Of a stretch of DNA of 64,000 bases, positions 1 to 22,096 are shown in pieces (the first letter of the stretch is position 1; each line of letters starts with the position of its first letter). The position numbers were made by a program, and so were the translations under genes. Source of the DNA: the human T2T-CHM13v2.0 reference genome, Homo sapiens; assembly GCF_009914755.1 (NCBI RefSeq), contig NC_060925.1; one strand, 5' to 3'. Under the pieces are notes generated by a model that worked only from the letters and a program-made list of their open reading frames with translations, was not told the origin of the DNA and searched no databases.

Positions 1-570
<570 letters not shown>

Positions 571-2629
571 TGAAATTTTTAATAATTTCTGAACAAGGGG
601 GCTTGCACTGAGCCCTGCAAATGATACAGCTGGTCTAGAATGAGAAAAAGAAGGTCAAGATGCTTCTCAAACTGCCAAGGGTTCCACAACCTTAAGTAGA
701 CACTAAATGGACTCAAGAAGGATTTACTGAAACTTTTCTAGGTACACACAGCCCTGAACCAGGCTTGGGGAGCACAAGGTACAGAACTGGGGCCGTGACA
801 CTGAGCCTGCATTCCAGTTGACTGAGTGGCTGAGGAAACCACACAACACAAGGCAAAGAGAAAACCACACAAATAATACATGATAATGAGCCAAAAAGAT
901 ATGTTAGGTCAAGACACAAACCCTCCTACAGTGCCAACCACATATTATGTACTGTGCCAAGCATCTCCCCTGAGGAAAGAAGACTCAGGGCCTTAAGCCA
1001 GCATAGGAAGTGGCAGAGCAAAGGGGTGTAGTGAGCTCTGCAGGAAGGCAGGGGAGAGGCTGGCTGCCAATGGCTCCAGGGAGAAGTCACTGGAGCTGGG
1101 CCTTGAAGGATGAACAGGAGTTTGCTGGTAGAGAGAAAGGGGAAGGCACAAGACACAGAAGTTCAGCGAACAATTACTGAGCATCTATTCTACGGCAGGC
1201 ATTGAGAATACACAGGTGAGCAAAAGAGCCACGGCTCACATGTGATGAGAGGCTTCCAATGAGCAGGGGGAGACAGACACCAGTCAAGTCACCCAGATCA
1301 ATGATCTCAGACACTGAGACAAAGAACATGAAGGTTAAGTTTGAGTCGCCTCGGGGATGTGCGGCTGGGAGCCTGGAGGAGAAGGAGGAGTTGGTAGGGG
1401 TGGCATACACGTAGGAAGGCCCGAAGCAGGAAGAGTTGTGGCTTAGGCCAAGTTAGAGCTGGACCACAGGGGCACTCAGTGGGAGGGGAAGAGGTGTTTC
1501 AGCAGAAGGAAGTCAAGCCTCAGCTTGAAAAGACCACTGTGGCCAAGGTGTGGAGCAGAGGCTGGGGTGGAGCAGCAGGAAGCAGGAGAGGAGGGGGAGC
1601 AGCCAGGCAGGGGCTTGGTTGGGTAGAGAAGAGCCAGGAGGAGTGTAAGAGTGGGGCTGTGGCTGTGGCTGTGGGGAGAGGCCTGGCACATGTCCAGGGT
1701 GAGGCCCCAAAGGACAGGCTGGACAGCTGGGACTGAGAAGCCCATGGAGGCGCAAAAGCAGAGGAATGGCACAAGTGCACGTGCCCTTGGGATCAAGTCA
1801 GCACTACGGTGAACATTTGCAGAGGGTTCCAGGGCCAGAATCGAAACACGGTGACAAGCTAGTTCCGGGAAACATCAGGGGCACTTCTGGGGGCTACTTG
1901 GCCTGGAGTGAGAATGGGGGGCCTCAGGAAGAAAACACGTGCAAGCACGGGTGGGGCAGCCGCAGGGCAGGGGGCTCCTTCTGTGGGCACGCAGAGCCAG
2001 AGCAGTCAGGAACAGCGGGTGCCTGGGTGGCAGCAGCGGGACGGCGCAGGAGGGTAGGTCAGGGACCGGGGGAGCCTCTCTCTGGAAGGAAGTCCAACCT
2101 GCCAAGCGGAGGGCATTGGGCCCTGGTCAGGAGATGACTCGGGCAGAGTGGTCTCCCAGGAAGACCGGAGTCTGGGTGGATTCATGTGAAGCCCTGTGTG
2201 AGATGTGTGGAAGGGCAGGTGGGACACCACAGGCAGGACCTCACGAGGCCCAGGTGCAGGGCAGAGAGGGAGCAAGAACAGTGAGAGCTGCTCCCGAGAG
2301 GCAGGAACCAGTGGGTTTTCTATGAAGGAGGCAGAGCAGGGCAGGGGAGAGGTCCACCTGCCCCATCCCATGTCTACTCAGGCCCCACAGGCTCCTGTCC
2401 CCATCACAGCCCTCACTAAGCATGGGACTGCCCCCCATGCACATGCTCCAACAGGACAGGGGCTGCTTCAGTAGCTGTAACAACCCCATGCCAGCCTGAT
2501 CCAGCACCTGGTGTGTGGCATGGCAGGCCCACAAGGAGAGCAGGGAGGATGAGTGGCTTCTGCTCTTCTTCCTCTGCCTAGAAACCCTTTCCCTCCCTCC
2601 TCATGGTCCTCCTGGAACTCAGTACTCAC

Positions 2630-2663
2630 CCAGTGCTGTCACCGTTGTCAAGTCTGTCGGTCC
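2630..2663 (-). other. CTNNBIP1: CTNNBIP1 34-nt 5'UTR exon (GGACCGACAGACTTGACAACGGTGACAGCACTGG)
   Basis: Acceptor tcttctccctcttgcag and donor TGG|gtgagt; matches the CTNNBIP1 5'UTR as I recall it. Confidence 0.8.
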
Positions 2664-4259
2664 CTGCAAGAGGGAGAAGAGGGGCAGAATCTTGCCTGTC
2701 CTTTCCCAGGTGCCCTGGCCCCCACTTGCTCTGCCTGAGAGCTGTGCTCAGCCTCAGGTGAGTCTTAACCTCGGCTTTGCCTCCTCCAGGTGGGTCGGCT
2801 GACTTAACGGTGCTGGGGGAGCTCAGGGGAGGTCACCACCCAAACAGTCAAGGAGGAAGAAGGTGGGGGAACGGGAGTCTGAAGATGCTGTGGGCAGGAG
2901 GGAGGGAATCCATGGGGAAGGAGGAAGGAGGAGGAGGGCAGGGAGCAGAGGAAGGGGAGAGTGAGGCAGAGGCACAGAAAAGGCTCCCGTGGAAGGGGGA
3001 GGGCACCTGGGCCAGCAGATTGCCTGTGGCTGGGCCTGTAGGCAGAGCCGGGGTACAAGGGACCCAACAGCTGCTGGGCAGTGAGTGGGGGCGACGGGAC
3101 TGGGCCAGAGGGGAGGACCAGCTAAGCTCAGTTAACTGGATGCCCTTTCCTGGGAATGGCTCCAGGCACACTCCCCAGCCCACAGCAGGGAGGGAGAGAT
3201 CAGCCAGCAGCCAGCCAGGCTTTCACCAGGGGCCATGGCAGCCCTTGGGGCAGGGCAGTCTGGGGAGGAAGAGAGCACCATTGTAGACCCCACAGCTCAA
3301 GGGAGGAGGGAAGACAGCCAGGCCTTAATCCCCGAGAGCTGCCCAGCCCCAGGCCTCCCAACAGAAATCAGGATCTGAAAGGAAGACTCAGGCTGCCCAG
3401 AGCCACCCGGACCCACAGGCAAAGCTTCTATCTAGCAGGTCACAACCAGGACAAGGTGTGGGAGCCAAGGGGACCTGGTCACCAGTTCAGAGTCAGCTGC
3501 CCAAGGAACCCTGAGGAAGAGGAAGGTGCTGTCATGGGAGGATGAGAAGCATTTGCTATGAATTGGAACACATCAGAGAAAAACCAGCCCCAAATGCGTA
3601 TGTACATCCTAGAGAGAGGGGAGGGCAGACAATAAAACACGAGTGATGGGGAAATCCTTAGCACACAGGAAAAAGACAGGTGCTGGGGCCAACCCGCGGG
3701 TGAGTGGGAACAGGAGTGTGAGGGTGGGCAGCGGGCCCTTCCTGAGCAAAGACGGGAAGACAGTGAGGGAGGGAGTTGGGGAGCAGAGCTGGACAGAGGC
3801 CCTATGGTGGGGGCACAGGGGCGGCTGCAGGCCAGCACTGGGGTGGGGCTGCGGTGGAACAGGCCCAGGCAGAAGAGGGGACAGGGCCTGTGTCACAAGG
3901 GCAGCTGGGAGCTGGGAGCAGAGGAATGGCTGGTCTGACTCGGGGTCCAGCAGGACCACCTGACTGTTGAATGGAGACAGGCCCAGGGCCAGAGTAGAGG
4001 CCGTGGCAGGAATCCAGGCAGATCTGCTGGTGTCTCAGGTGAGAGGGCAGCAGCAGAGGGTGAGGGTTCAAGGCAGCCAGCTGGGGACTCGTGGCACAGG
4101 CAGACAACAGGGAGCGCACTGTGGGATGTGGGGGCAATGGTGACGGCTCCCGGGTTTTCAGTCTAAGTGGCTGAAGGTCGACATTCCTATCAATTGAGAT
4201 GGGGAGAAGCAAGTGGAACAATTTTGGGGGACAATCACGAGCTGAATTTTAGACTTTAA

Positions 4260-4925
<666 letters not shown>

Positions 4926-5171
4926 CTAGTTACTATACTAATGAGATAAGAAAATGACACAGACCATGTAAGTAAATGCTTTTTGTTACAGTATGGGGGA
5001 TGGGAGTAAAAATAAACAGTAAGAATTCAAAGGCTTTTAATACCCTCAGCTTCTCGCCTCTTCTCTCCCAGCTGCCCGTCAGTCCCCAGCTGGCTCAGAG
5101 GAATGATAAGGGACAGAGAGGCGGGAGGGGACCTTGCTTCCACAGTCTGAGTGCTGCCCCGAATCACTGGG

Positions 5172-5384
5172 AACACTTCTCAGCAGGGTGCCGCTGACAT
5201 TTCAGACTGGGTGCGTTTCTGCTGGAGGGCTGTCTGCACATTGCAGAAGCTGAGAGGCATTCCTGGCCTCCACCCACTAGATGCCAGTAGCAGCCCCCCT
5301 CCAGTTGTGACAATCGAATCGAATATATCTTCTGACGTTGCCATGTGTCCCGTAGGGGACAAAATTGCCAGGTCGAGAGCACTG
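5172..5384 (-). mobile_element. MER20 (hAT-Charlie) DNA transposon fossil
   Basis: Reverse match to the MER20 consensus (ccactagatgccagtagca...ccagttgtgacaa...gggacaaaattgcc...gagagcactg). Confidence 0.85.
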
Positions 5385-5762
5385 CTTTAAAGAAGCAGCT
5401 GACACGTACTCTGGCTTACTCTGTGCCTTGCACCATTGGCAACTCTCAGGTAAGTGAATCATTCAGTCTTCGCCACACACGTCCCTACAGGGCTTTACAA
5501 ATGGGCATGCCATGGTGCACAGAGGTGACATAACTCACCTGTCATGGCCCAGCTAGTCCACATCGGAGCAGGATGGAACCCAGATTGTTCAAGGTCTCAA
5601 CCGCTCTGCCCTGTTGCTCTCCAGTATACAAGTACCTGGGTAAAAAGTCACTCTGAGCCAGCGAGGGGGACGGCGGGCAGAGGCCTGCCGCAGCTCCTGC
5701 TAGAGTCCCACACAAGGTAGCACCTCAGGTCCTCTAGCGACATCAAAAAAGGGAGTGCCAGA

Positions 5763-5772
5763 GGGAATTTCC
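5763..5772 (+). promoter_or_regulatory. Consensus NF-kB site GGGAATTTCC in CTNNBIP1 intron 1
   Basis: Exact match to GGGRNWYYCC in non-repeat sequence; function untested. Confidence 0.35.
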
Positions 5773-6359
5773 ACACGCTCCACTCTCAGTAATTAAACTG
5801 CAACAACCTCCCAGACTCTCAGGCCTCAGGAGCAACCGCCTTAATTAATATATTCCACGTTGCAGCCTCCTCCATCCACAGCCACGCTCGGTATTCCCGA
5901 ACCGCACTCCACCAGCAGAGCTAGGACAAAACAGGCCTCCTAGTGAGGCATGGCATTTGCAGGCCACAGCCCCATTCTTAGGGGATAAGCCTGGGATGGG
6001 GAATGTGTCTTGAGGTCACCAACCCCAATTCAAACCTGATGCAAAGCTCCTTCCTGCTCCCTGAAGCCAGGTGATGCTACCGAAGAATAATTACTGTTGT
6101 CACCACAGCATTTTCTAAGTCCAGGCACAGAGTGGCAGAGTCAGTCAGCCCTCACAAGCCTGCAAGGTAGGAATTATTCCCATTTTATGGATGACAAAAC
6201 TGAGGCTCAGAGAAGGTAAGTAACCTGCCTGAGGCCATGGAGTAATAAGTGGTAAGCCTGGATCCAAGGCCATGCTTTCCCTCTCTCCTAACAGCCCCTT
6301 CTGGCTCAGGAGTTGACAGACGCATTATCCATTTTAACTGAAATTAAAAGAAAAATGTG

Positions 6360-7490
<1,131 letters not shown>

Positions 7491-8188
7491 AAGAAATGGT
7501 AATGTAAGGCGATGGGGAGAGGCCCTGCATCTGTCTACACACAGTGCCATCTGCATCGCATCCCAGACCACCCCATGTTAGCCACAGCTAGCCCTCCTCC
7601 AGTGGGGGCAGCCATGAAGCCCAAATGCAGGAGGACCCTTTCCTCTCTGGCTACAGGTCTGCTGCCGTGGGAGTGATTCTGGAATTCTCAACAGTTTGCC
7701 CTATGCACACTCCGAGATCAGAGTAGCCCGCCTGTCCCCTTCACAGCAGTGCCGTGCACGCTGTTCCAGGTCCAGAGCTCTCTGATGAAGGCCCTTTCGG
7801 AAGGTTCTGGGAGCATTTAAATCAAATCCACCTGACCTCATTCAATACAGCCCCGCAATGGCCAGAATGCAATGCTGCACCCAGCTGAGCCGCCTACCTA
7901 CTGCAGGAAAGGTACTGACACGGCAACCAGGCTGGGAGGGAGGCGCCTGGAACCACTGGGGCATCCTCCTTTCTATGAAGGGGCTCCTGTTCAGAGCAAG
8001 CTCTGCAGGCCACCAGCAGGCATGCCACACACACCAAAGTGCTCCAGCACAGGCACAAACCTGCCTGGAGACAGCTTCCCCAGGACCTGCACGCTGGACA
8101 GGAAGCAAAAAGAAAGGGCTCCTTCTGTCCCTCCCACGCACTGAGGCAGGCGGTCAGATCCAAGCTTACCCTCATATTCCCTCTACAG

Positions 8189-8357
8189 CCGTGGCTCTCA
8201 ATGGGGGCGATTCTGCCCCACGGCAGAAATGTGGCAATATCTAGAGACATTTTTGATTGTCACGACTAGTAGGGTCCTGCTGGGTAGAGGCCAGGATCAG
8301 TGCCCACCACCAATAATTATCCAGCCCCACGTCTGGAGAGCTGAGTGAGAAGCCCTA
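8189..8357 (+). mobile_element. MER20, internally deleted
   Basis: gtggctctcaatgggggcgattctgcccc...gacatttttgattgtcac...tgggtagaggccagg...gagaagccct. Confidence 0.8.
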
Positions 8358-9878
8358 CTAGGGGGCCATCTCGGAGCTGCCGATTGCACCAGGCTCCCTC
8401 CACATCTCTGGGCCTCTGCATCTGCTATGCTTTCCACCTAGAACTTCCTTCCCTCCCTGATTCCTGAGACCAAGCCTCACAGATGTTCTCTGCTCTACAA
8501 CACCTTCTCTGGGCTGCCTCGAGGCCTGTGTCTGCACATCCGCCTGCATTTCCTCTTCTCGCATCACCGCCCCAACACTGTACCTGGATATCTGAGAAAT
8601 GTTCACCACCAGACTGGAAGCTCTTTGAGGACAGACCGGGGGTGGTTTTAAGGCCTTTATAGGCCCCAGGGAACCTTATTCTCAGAGACATACTAAAACA
8701 AACCCACATCTCTTATTAAATGTAATCCTCACGTAACTCACAAGAGTAGAGGGAGTGATATATTTTTTTCCCACATGGCCAATATTTTTGTGGACCCTAG
8801 AAAAACTTGTAAGGCTCTGTGCTGAAGAATCTGGACAGGTGAGACACCACTGCTAGCCACAACTGGGGCTCCTCGAGTGGTGAAGTGAATGGGAACCATG
8901 AAGGAAGTGCCCCCCAGCCTTTGCATGGCCTCACTTCAGATAATCCTAACACACCAAGGAGCTGGAGGAACCTGCATGTTCCTATAACTGGATTGGCATG
9001 AGGCATCTGTTTACATCTTCTGGTTTAAAATATTTATCCTTGTGATTCTGGCCCAGATCTCGTTGTCTCTCCAGTCCTGAATTGAGTGAAACCCACCTTT
9101 TTACAGAGGCAAGAGTACCTGGCAGGCCTGCTCTGACAGCCTCTTGAAATTCAGCTGAAAACAATGCAAACAGGAAGGCATGTGGAGCCTGAGGAAGTTT
9201 CCTTGGCTGCCCCAGAACACTGAAGATCCTGGGCTATGTCTTCAGGCTCTACTGTTCTAACCAAGGGGACGTGCTGGTGGAGGTTTTCTCTCTGCACAGT
9301 GGGGGGACAAGGACAGAAGAAAAGAAAGGCATCTTTCGGCTTAATTTTAAAAGAGGTTCTTTTTTCTTCCCAGAGAACAGCTGGAGCCCTGGAACCTGGC
9401 CAAGTCAGAGCCTGAGACCTGAAGTCAGGAACCAGCACGCCTACAAAATCCAGCCACGGATCTTCCTTTAATTCAGTCTGACTCATTACCTTCAGCCTCT
9501 GGCAGGTTCCAGAGGGGTTACTAATGCAGAATCCAGAGCCTTCTTCTATTTATAAGCCAATGGAAGGGCTGGAATCCTAGCTCTTGCATGGGTACAAGCG
9601 CCCCCTCACTCCTGGGTATGAGGCCTCCCAGGCCTGACCGACCTTCCCCATGGGCTGTGCACCTGGCAGGAAGCTTCCTGAGCAAAGGCATCAAAAGATC
9701 CTCTGTGTCAACTGGAGGTAGAGGAACGCTTTTTCTCTCCTGGGACACCAGAGAGATCCCCAGCAAGCTGACTAAGTCCCCAAAAGGCAAATTAATTTGC
9801 ATTTCTGTCAGGAAGGGACCACTTCCAGACCTAGTAATTCCAGGGATGGAGCCTGGCCCAGAGGTTCTGGAGAGCATG

Positions 9879-9918
9879 GGTCACCTCCAGAGAGTGCGGG
9901 TCACCTCCAGAGAGTGCG
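9879..9918 (+). repeat. Perfect 20-bp tandem duplication (ggtcacctccagagagtgcg)x2
   Basis: Direct reading. Confidence 0.95.
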
Positions 9919-10587
9919 ATCAGACTGGAAATTTTGACCTATGGAAGCTCCATCAATCCCGCTGTCAAAAGCTATGCCAGCTCTTTGCAGGGTCACAGCT
10001 TAAAATTTTAATTACATTAGGAAATTTAAAAGTACTTCAAGAAGAAAGGGGGAAAACTGACACAGTGCTATTTTTGGCGGGGGTGGGGGGCACTCACGTT
10101 TCTCCACAAGGTACATAAGGTCCCTTCACTCTGAACCACACTGACATGTTCACGCCACCCCATTCCCACAAGGACAAGCCTCATCCTCAGAGGCAGGCCT
10201 GGGCATGGCCCGGCCCTCCCATTGCCTGAGGGTCACCCAGATCTTCTCAACAGGCACCTCTCTCTCCAGCTCTTCTCCCCTTGCCCCATTCCCTCCATAG
10301 CTTTCCCTCATTAAAGCCTCTATAATTGGTTCAAACAAACAAGCTTCCTGAACTGAGTTTGCTGCATCCCCTCAGAATCCCAGGGCTGGGAAAGCCTCCA
10401 GCTTCCTGTGGTGAGGATTAGGTCATTAAATCAATTGGATCGGCTGCAGGACTGTGCCCCCGGAAGCAGCCCCCTCCTCACCACCCGGCTCTGGGGATGG
10501 TCATCCTCAGGACCTGGCTGAGAGACCCCAGGTGCAGCCTCCTGGGGAAACGCTTCCCAATCAAACTCTTCGGAAAATAAGTTTTGT

Positions 10588-11824
<1,237 letters not shown>

Positions 11825-13284
11825 TCAGTTTCCTTCCTCTCCAAATGTTTAACAAGCCAATAATCAAAATCAACAATGCTTTAAACAAAGACCCCTTCAG
11901 AATCTCCCATGTGTTTATCCCATTAACTTACTGTGGGAAACGGTATCGGGACAAAAACTCCTGATGGGTCACAAGGCCTTGTCCAGTCTGAAGGCAAGGA
12001 CAGTGGCAGCTGGAGCTGAAGGGAAGGAAGATCAGAAAAGACGCACTTGCTCCAGAAGAGGGGAAAATACAGCACCTGATACAATAGGAATCCACCCACA
12101 AACCCTGGAGGGTTTGTTCAAGGTTAAAGCCACCACAGACAAGCTCAGGAGAGTAGCCACAGGGGCGGCCAGTGTAAAGTGTCCAAGAAACTGTCCCTAG
12201 TCACAATGGGCGCAGGCATGAACACCCAGATCTGGGCACACCCTGGCAAACTAGCTCAGGAGACGAACCACCATCACCCATTTGTAATGACATCCCCTTT
12301 CCCAAAGCCACGAAACTGTTAGTCACCAAACCACAGAAAGGAAGCAGAAGCTTCTGGCAAAACTGGTCTGTTAAGAGCTCCCCTGGCAAAAAGACTCCAG
12401 TTTTTCCAGGCCAACGACTCACCCAAGACTGTTACATTTTACAAAATGAAACCCAGGAGTCTTTACAAGCCCATATCCAAAGAATGTAAGCAGGACCTGC
12501 CCTCCTGCAAAAACTCTCCATTGAGAGGAAAAAGCTTATCTCAAGGGTCACTGGAAGAGGGTTAATTACACGACACATTAATTTGATGATTAAGATGATT
12601 TCTGAGGATTAAGACTTTGTTTAAGTCCCAGAGAACAAAACTTCCTTGCAAATTTCCTTGGAGCACATAATGCAATGTTAAAAAACGAAAACAAAACCAA
12701 AAAAGGCATCAACGCACAGGACAAAGCATGCTAGGTCTTACCTGCTTCTAGAAAAGTCACTGAAGTCTGCCAGAAAGACACTAATCATAAAAACTTCCAA
12801 GTCCGAAAAAAGAATAACTCACCCAAAAAAGAAGTTCCTAAGAGAGAGGGAAACTGACTATTGTACATGCTGTAAAAGGACAAAGAAACCAGAAATCCAG
12901 GACAATAACCCAGGAGGGCCACGGCAACCAAAGGACCTGCAATCAAAATCAATTCCAGATGGAACAAAGTTGTTTTTTTTTCTTCCTCCTCACCTTTTTC
13001 TTTTGAAAAATTCCAAAGCCACGGAAGAGCTAAAAGAACAGTACAAGAACATCCACATACCTTGCTCCTGGAGTCCCACTGTTCACATTTTGCTATATAT
13101 GTTTTATGGCTCTGTGCTGTGGGTATATGTCAAGGTACACGCACACTGCTGCTTTTCCTGAACCATCTGAAAGTCAATTGCAGAGATCATGATACTTGGC
13201 TAATGCCTCAGCACAGATCTCCTAAGGCCATTCTCCTACATAACCACAATATCATTAACACCCCAAGGAATTCTTGTTTGTTTG

Positions 13285-14866
<1,582 letters not shown>

Positions 14867-15344
14867 TAATATTGACCAAGTAGTATCTTTGATATCCACC
14901 CCATATCCAAATTTCCCCAATTCCCCCTCCCCCTCAATTTGGCCTTCACTTGTGTTTAATCCAGGACTGGATCAAGGATCTCAGTTGTATTTGGTTCCCA
15001 TGCTCTTCAACCTACTTAATCTAGAGTGGTTTAGCAGCTTTTCTTTGTTTATAAGGATATTAACATTTTTTAAGAGTCCAGGACCCTTGTCTTTAGGATG
15101 TTCCACAATCTGGATTTGGCCAATTGTTCCTTAAACACTTTCACAAGAAATTATGTATCTGATGTATCAGTGTTCCACTAGAAGTGCATAATGCCAGTTT
15201 GCCCCAATTCTGGTGATGCTGGCTTTGATACCTTGGATATGGATCAAAGTTTTAATGTATAAAACATGGAGTGAATGTATTAGACGAAAACACAGGCAAA
15301 GAAAACAGTGCGAGAAGAAAATATGAAATGAAACCTAGAAGTCA

Positions 15345-17081
<1,737 letters not shown>

Positions 17082-17607
17082 GAAACCTAGAAGTCATAAA
17101 ATATTAAAAAATCTGATTACATAAAAATCAAAAACTCTGCATGAAAAAATATATAATTAAAAGAACAGTGGGCCGGGCACAGTGGCTCACACCTGTAATC
17201 CTAGCCCTTTGGGAGGCCAAGGTGGGCGCATCACGAGGTCAGGAGATCGAGACCATCCTGGCCAACGTGGTGAAACCCCGTCTCTGCTAAAAATACAAAA
17301 ATTATCTGGGTGTGGTGGCAGGTGCCTGTAATCCCAGCTACTCAGGAGGCTGAGGCACAAGAATCTGTGGAATCTGGGAGTCGGAGGTTGCAGTGAGCCA
17401 AGATCGTGCCACTGCACTACAGCCTGGCAACACAGCGAGACTGTGTCTCAAAAGGGAAAAAATAAATAAAAAGAACAGTGACAAATTGGCGAAAATATGT
17501 ATAACACATATCACAGCCATAGGACAAATTTCCTTAATATATAAAAAAAAGTGTAAGTCAATAAGAAAAAGACTGTAAACCTAAAAAAGAAATGGGCAAA
17601 CAATACA

Positions 17608-19316
<1,709 letters not shown>

Positions 19317-21533
19317 TTAAATGAAGTGGAATGCGGTCAGATGAGAATGAAAGAACACCCTTCATCTGAGTGCTCTTGCCAGTGCAGTGCGGTGCCTGAC
19401 GCTAAGCACTTCAATCTCCACTGTCACCACTCATGGACCTAACAGGCCACTCCTCTTTAGAGATTAGGAAGTGAGAGTGGGAAGCCAGCACCCAAAGCAA
19501 ACACAAGGCAAACGGGCACACGTGACCCCTTGTGCCAGCAGCAGCAGACCTCAGGAGGGAGGAAGGAGCCAGGTCTCTGCACTGCTCCGGCTGCCCGAGC
19601 TCCCTTACATCCCACCACAAACTCTGGAAGACTGCTCTGTGCAGGAAAGCAGAACTGGGGGCCAGCTTGCTTGCCTGTAAGCCCCACCATGTCTTCCAAA
19701 AAATCACCAGCACCTCATCTTCCTGCAACTCCAGCGATCGGCCAGAGGAAGGCTATGTGCCCCTGGAGGCTGTGGGCAGTGCCAACAGTATTAACACACA
19801 CGGAGGGAGAAGGACCTTCTGCCTCAGTCCAGAAGCCGAGTGTGAGCACACGCTCAGGAACAGGCTCATAGGGCCTAGCCAGAGCTGACCTTGGCAGGTA
19901 CTTTTGCTCCCTTCTTGGTAAGTAAAATGGGATTATTCAGGGGCTCAGACCCACCACTTCACCAGCTTAAGTGCTACCAGTACTAACAGCTTCACGTATT
20001 TAAATCATACCCCAGGCCCCTCCCCAACACACAAAAAAGAAATGTAAAATTACAGAGAAGCATTAAAATGTCATCTACCTGGAAAGAATAACAGAAACCT
20101 AGAAGTTCAGAAACAGGTCTCATTTCATATTCCTGCAGCAGAAGGATATTTAGGATATTTGGCAAGGGTGCAAGTCAGGGTCAGGATGGGTCTCTGGGAA
20201 GCCAGGGCTGCCTGAGGCAGGTGGCTGTGAGGCCTGTCTGGGCAGGGAGGTCAAGGCTAAGTATCTCCTTGGAAACTGGTCCAAGGTTTGCTTGGTGATT
20301 GATCAGGAAGAACAGGGGTGGGGCCCATATTATGTGAGGTGTTTGATCCACAAGGGATCCTGATCTTTGCAGGAAGCCTTGCTGGTGGAATCTAGGACTT
20401 CAGGGGTGGTAACTTCATCTGCCCTGGGGTGGTTATTCGGTTCAGGTCAAGGACATTGACCACAGGATTCCAGCAGCAGAAAACATGTGGGTTAGACACT
20501 TGGGTGCTACTCGGGCCTGAAAAAAACACCTTAATTGGAGCTGGCTCTCAAAGCCTCCTCCCCAGCTCTCCATGTGGGAGAGGATATGGAAGTGGGTCAC
20601 AATCTTCTAGCTGAAACAGCGTCACTGCGGGCTCCAATCACACTTGAAGATGTCCAGGTGCACTGAGTGACCTGGCCTCCTCGCTGTGCAGGCCTTGCCT
20701 TCCTAATCAGATGCTGGATGCTGCTGCCCCGCCCCTCAGCTTGAAGGGCCAGCTGATTAGCACCGGGAGTGCCACATACAGTGACATGACAAGGGCTGGT
20801 GAAAATAACATCGCACAAGGATATGCCTCGCTGTCCTGGCACCCTCCTCTCACTCCAAATGTGAGTGGCTGCCTCTGCCAGCCCTTTGCCCTCTCTACCC
20901 AGCCCTGGCTGGAGGGAGAGAGGAACACTGTGTGCTTTCACATGAACTGCTTGCTAGACCTCCCTGACCTTGGTCTTTGAAGAGAGCTGAAGGCCTGGTG
21001 CTTGGGGAAGAAAGAACCCTGCCCCCACTCTAATCTGTATATATTGACCCAAAATGGGGGCCAGAGGACATAGGTGTCCATGTGCATCAGTTCCCCCAGG
21101 AACCCCATGAGCACTGTGGAGAGCCCGCCTGCCACCATATGCCTGCTTTCCAAAGTTGGCAGCGAGAGACGTGTCGGGCAGGAAGAGAACTCTGCAGAGA
21201 CAAGGTCTGGCGCCTGTTACATAAGAAGTGCACCGTGTTAATGGCAGAACTTCAAAATCCACAGCCCCAAGCAAAAACTTTGAAAAGAAATCCTCAATAT
21301 GAGCATTTCTCCCTGACTGAAACTCAAGTTAACAGTCAAAGGGTTAAGGCTTTAAGTGGGAAGGGAGTTCTTGCTAACCATGGCTCCTGAGGTGTGCACT
21401 GTTTCTCAAGATGTCCATACCAAGTACAGCTTTTGTTACAGGACACGGAAGGGCTCTAATTGTTTCACTCTTCCCTTGCTCTTCTGGAAAGCCAACCCAG
21501 CCCCCCACCTTAATGTCCACTCAGGGCAGGTAG

Positions 21534-21896
<363 letters not shown>

Positions 21897-21913
21897 TAGC
21901 CAAGATGGTCTCA

Positions 21914-22096
<183 letters not shown>

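Noticed and set aside
1476-4221. Dense overlapping ORFs of 60-170 aa
   Set aside because: Purine/GC-rich intronic sequence with no recognisable protein or coherent splice structure apart from the 34-nt exon
9521-10118. 176-aa and 118-aa ORFs
   Set aside because: No recognisable domain; spans a tandem duplication; intronic
11880-12970. Several ACAAAG/CTTTGT TCF/LEF-like cores suggesting Wnt feedback
   Set aside because: Short motifs expected by chance; none is a full high-affinity site
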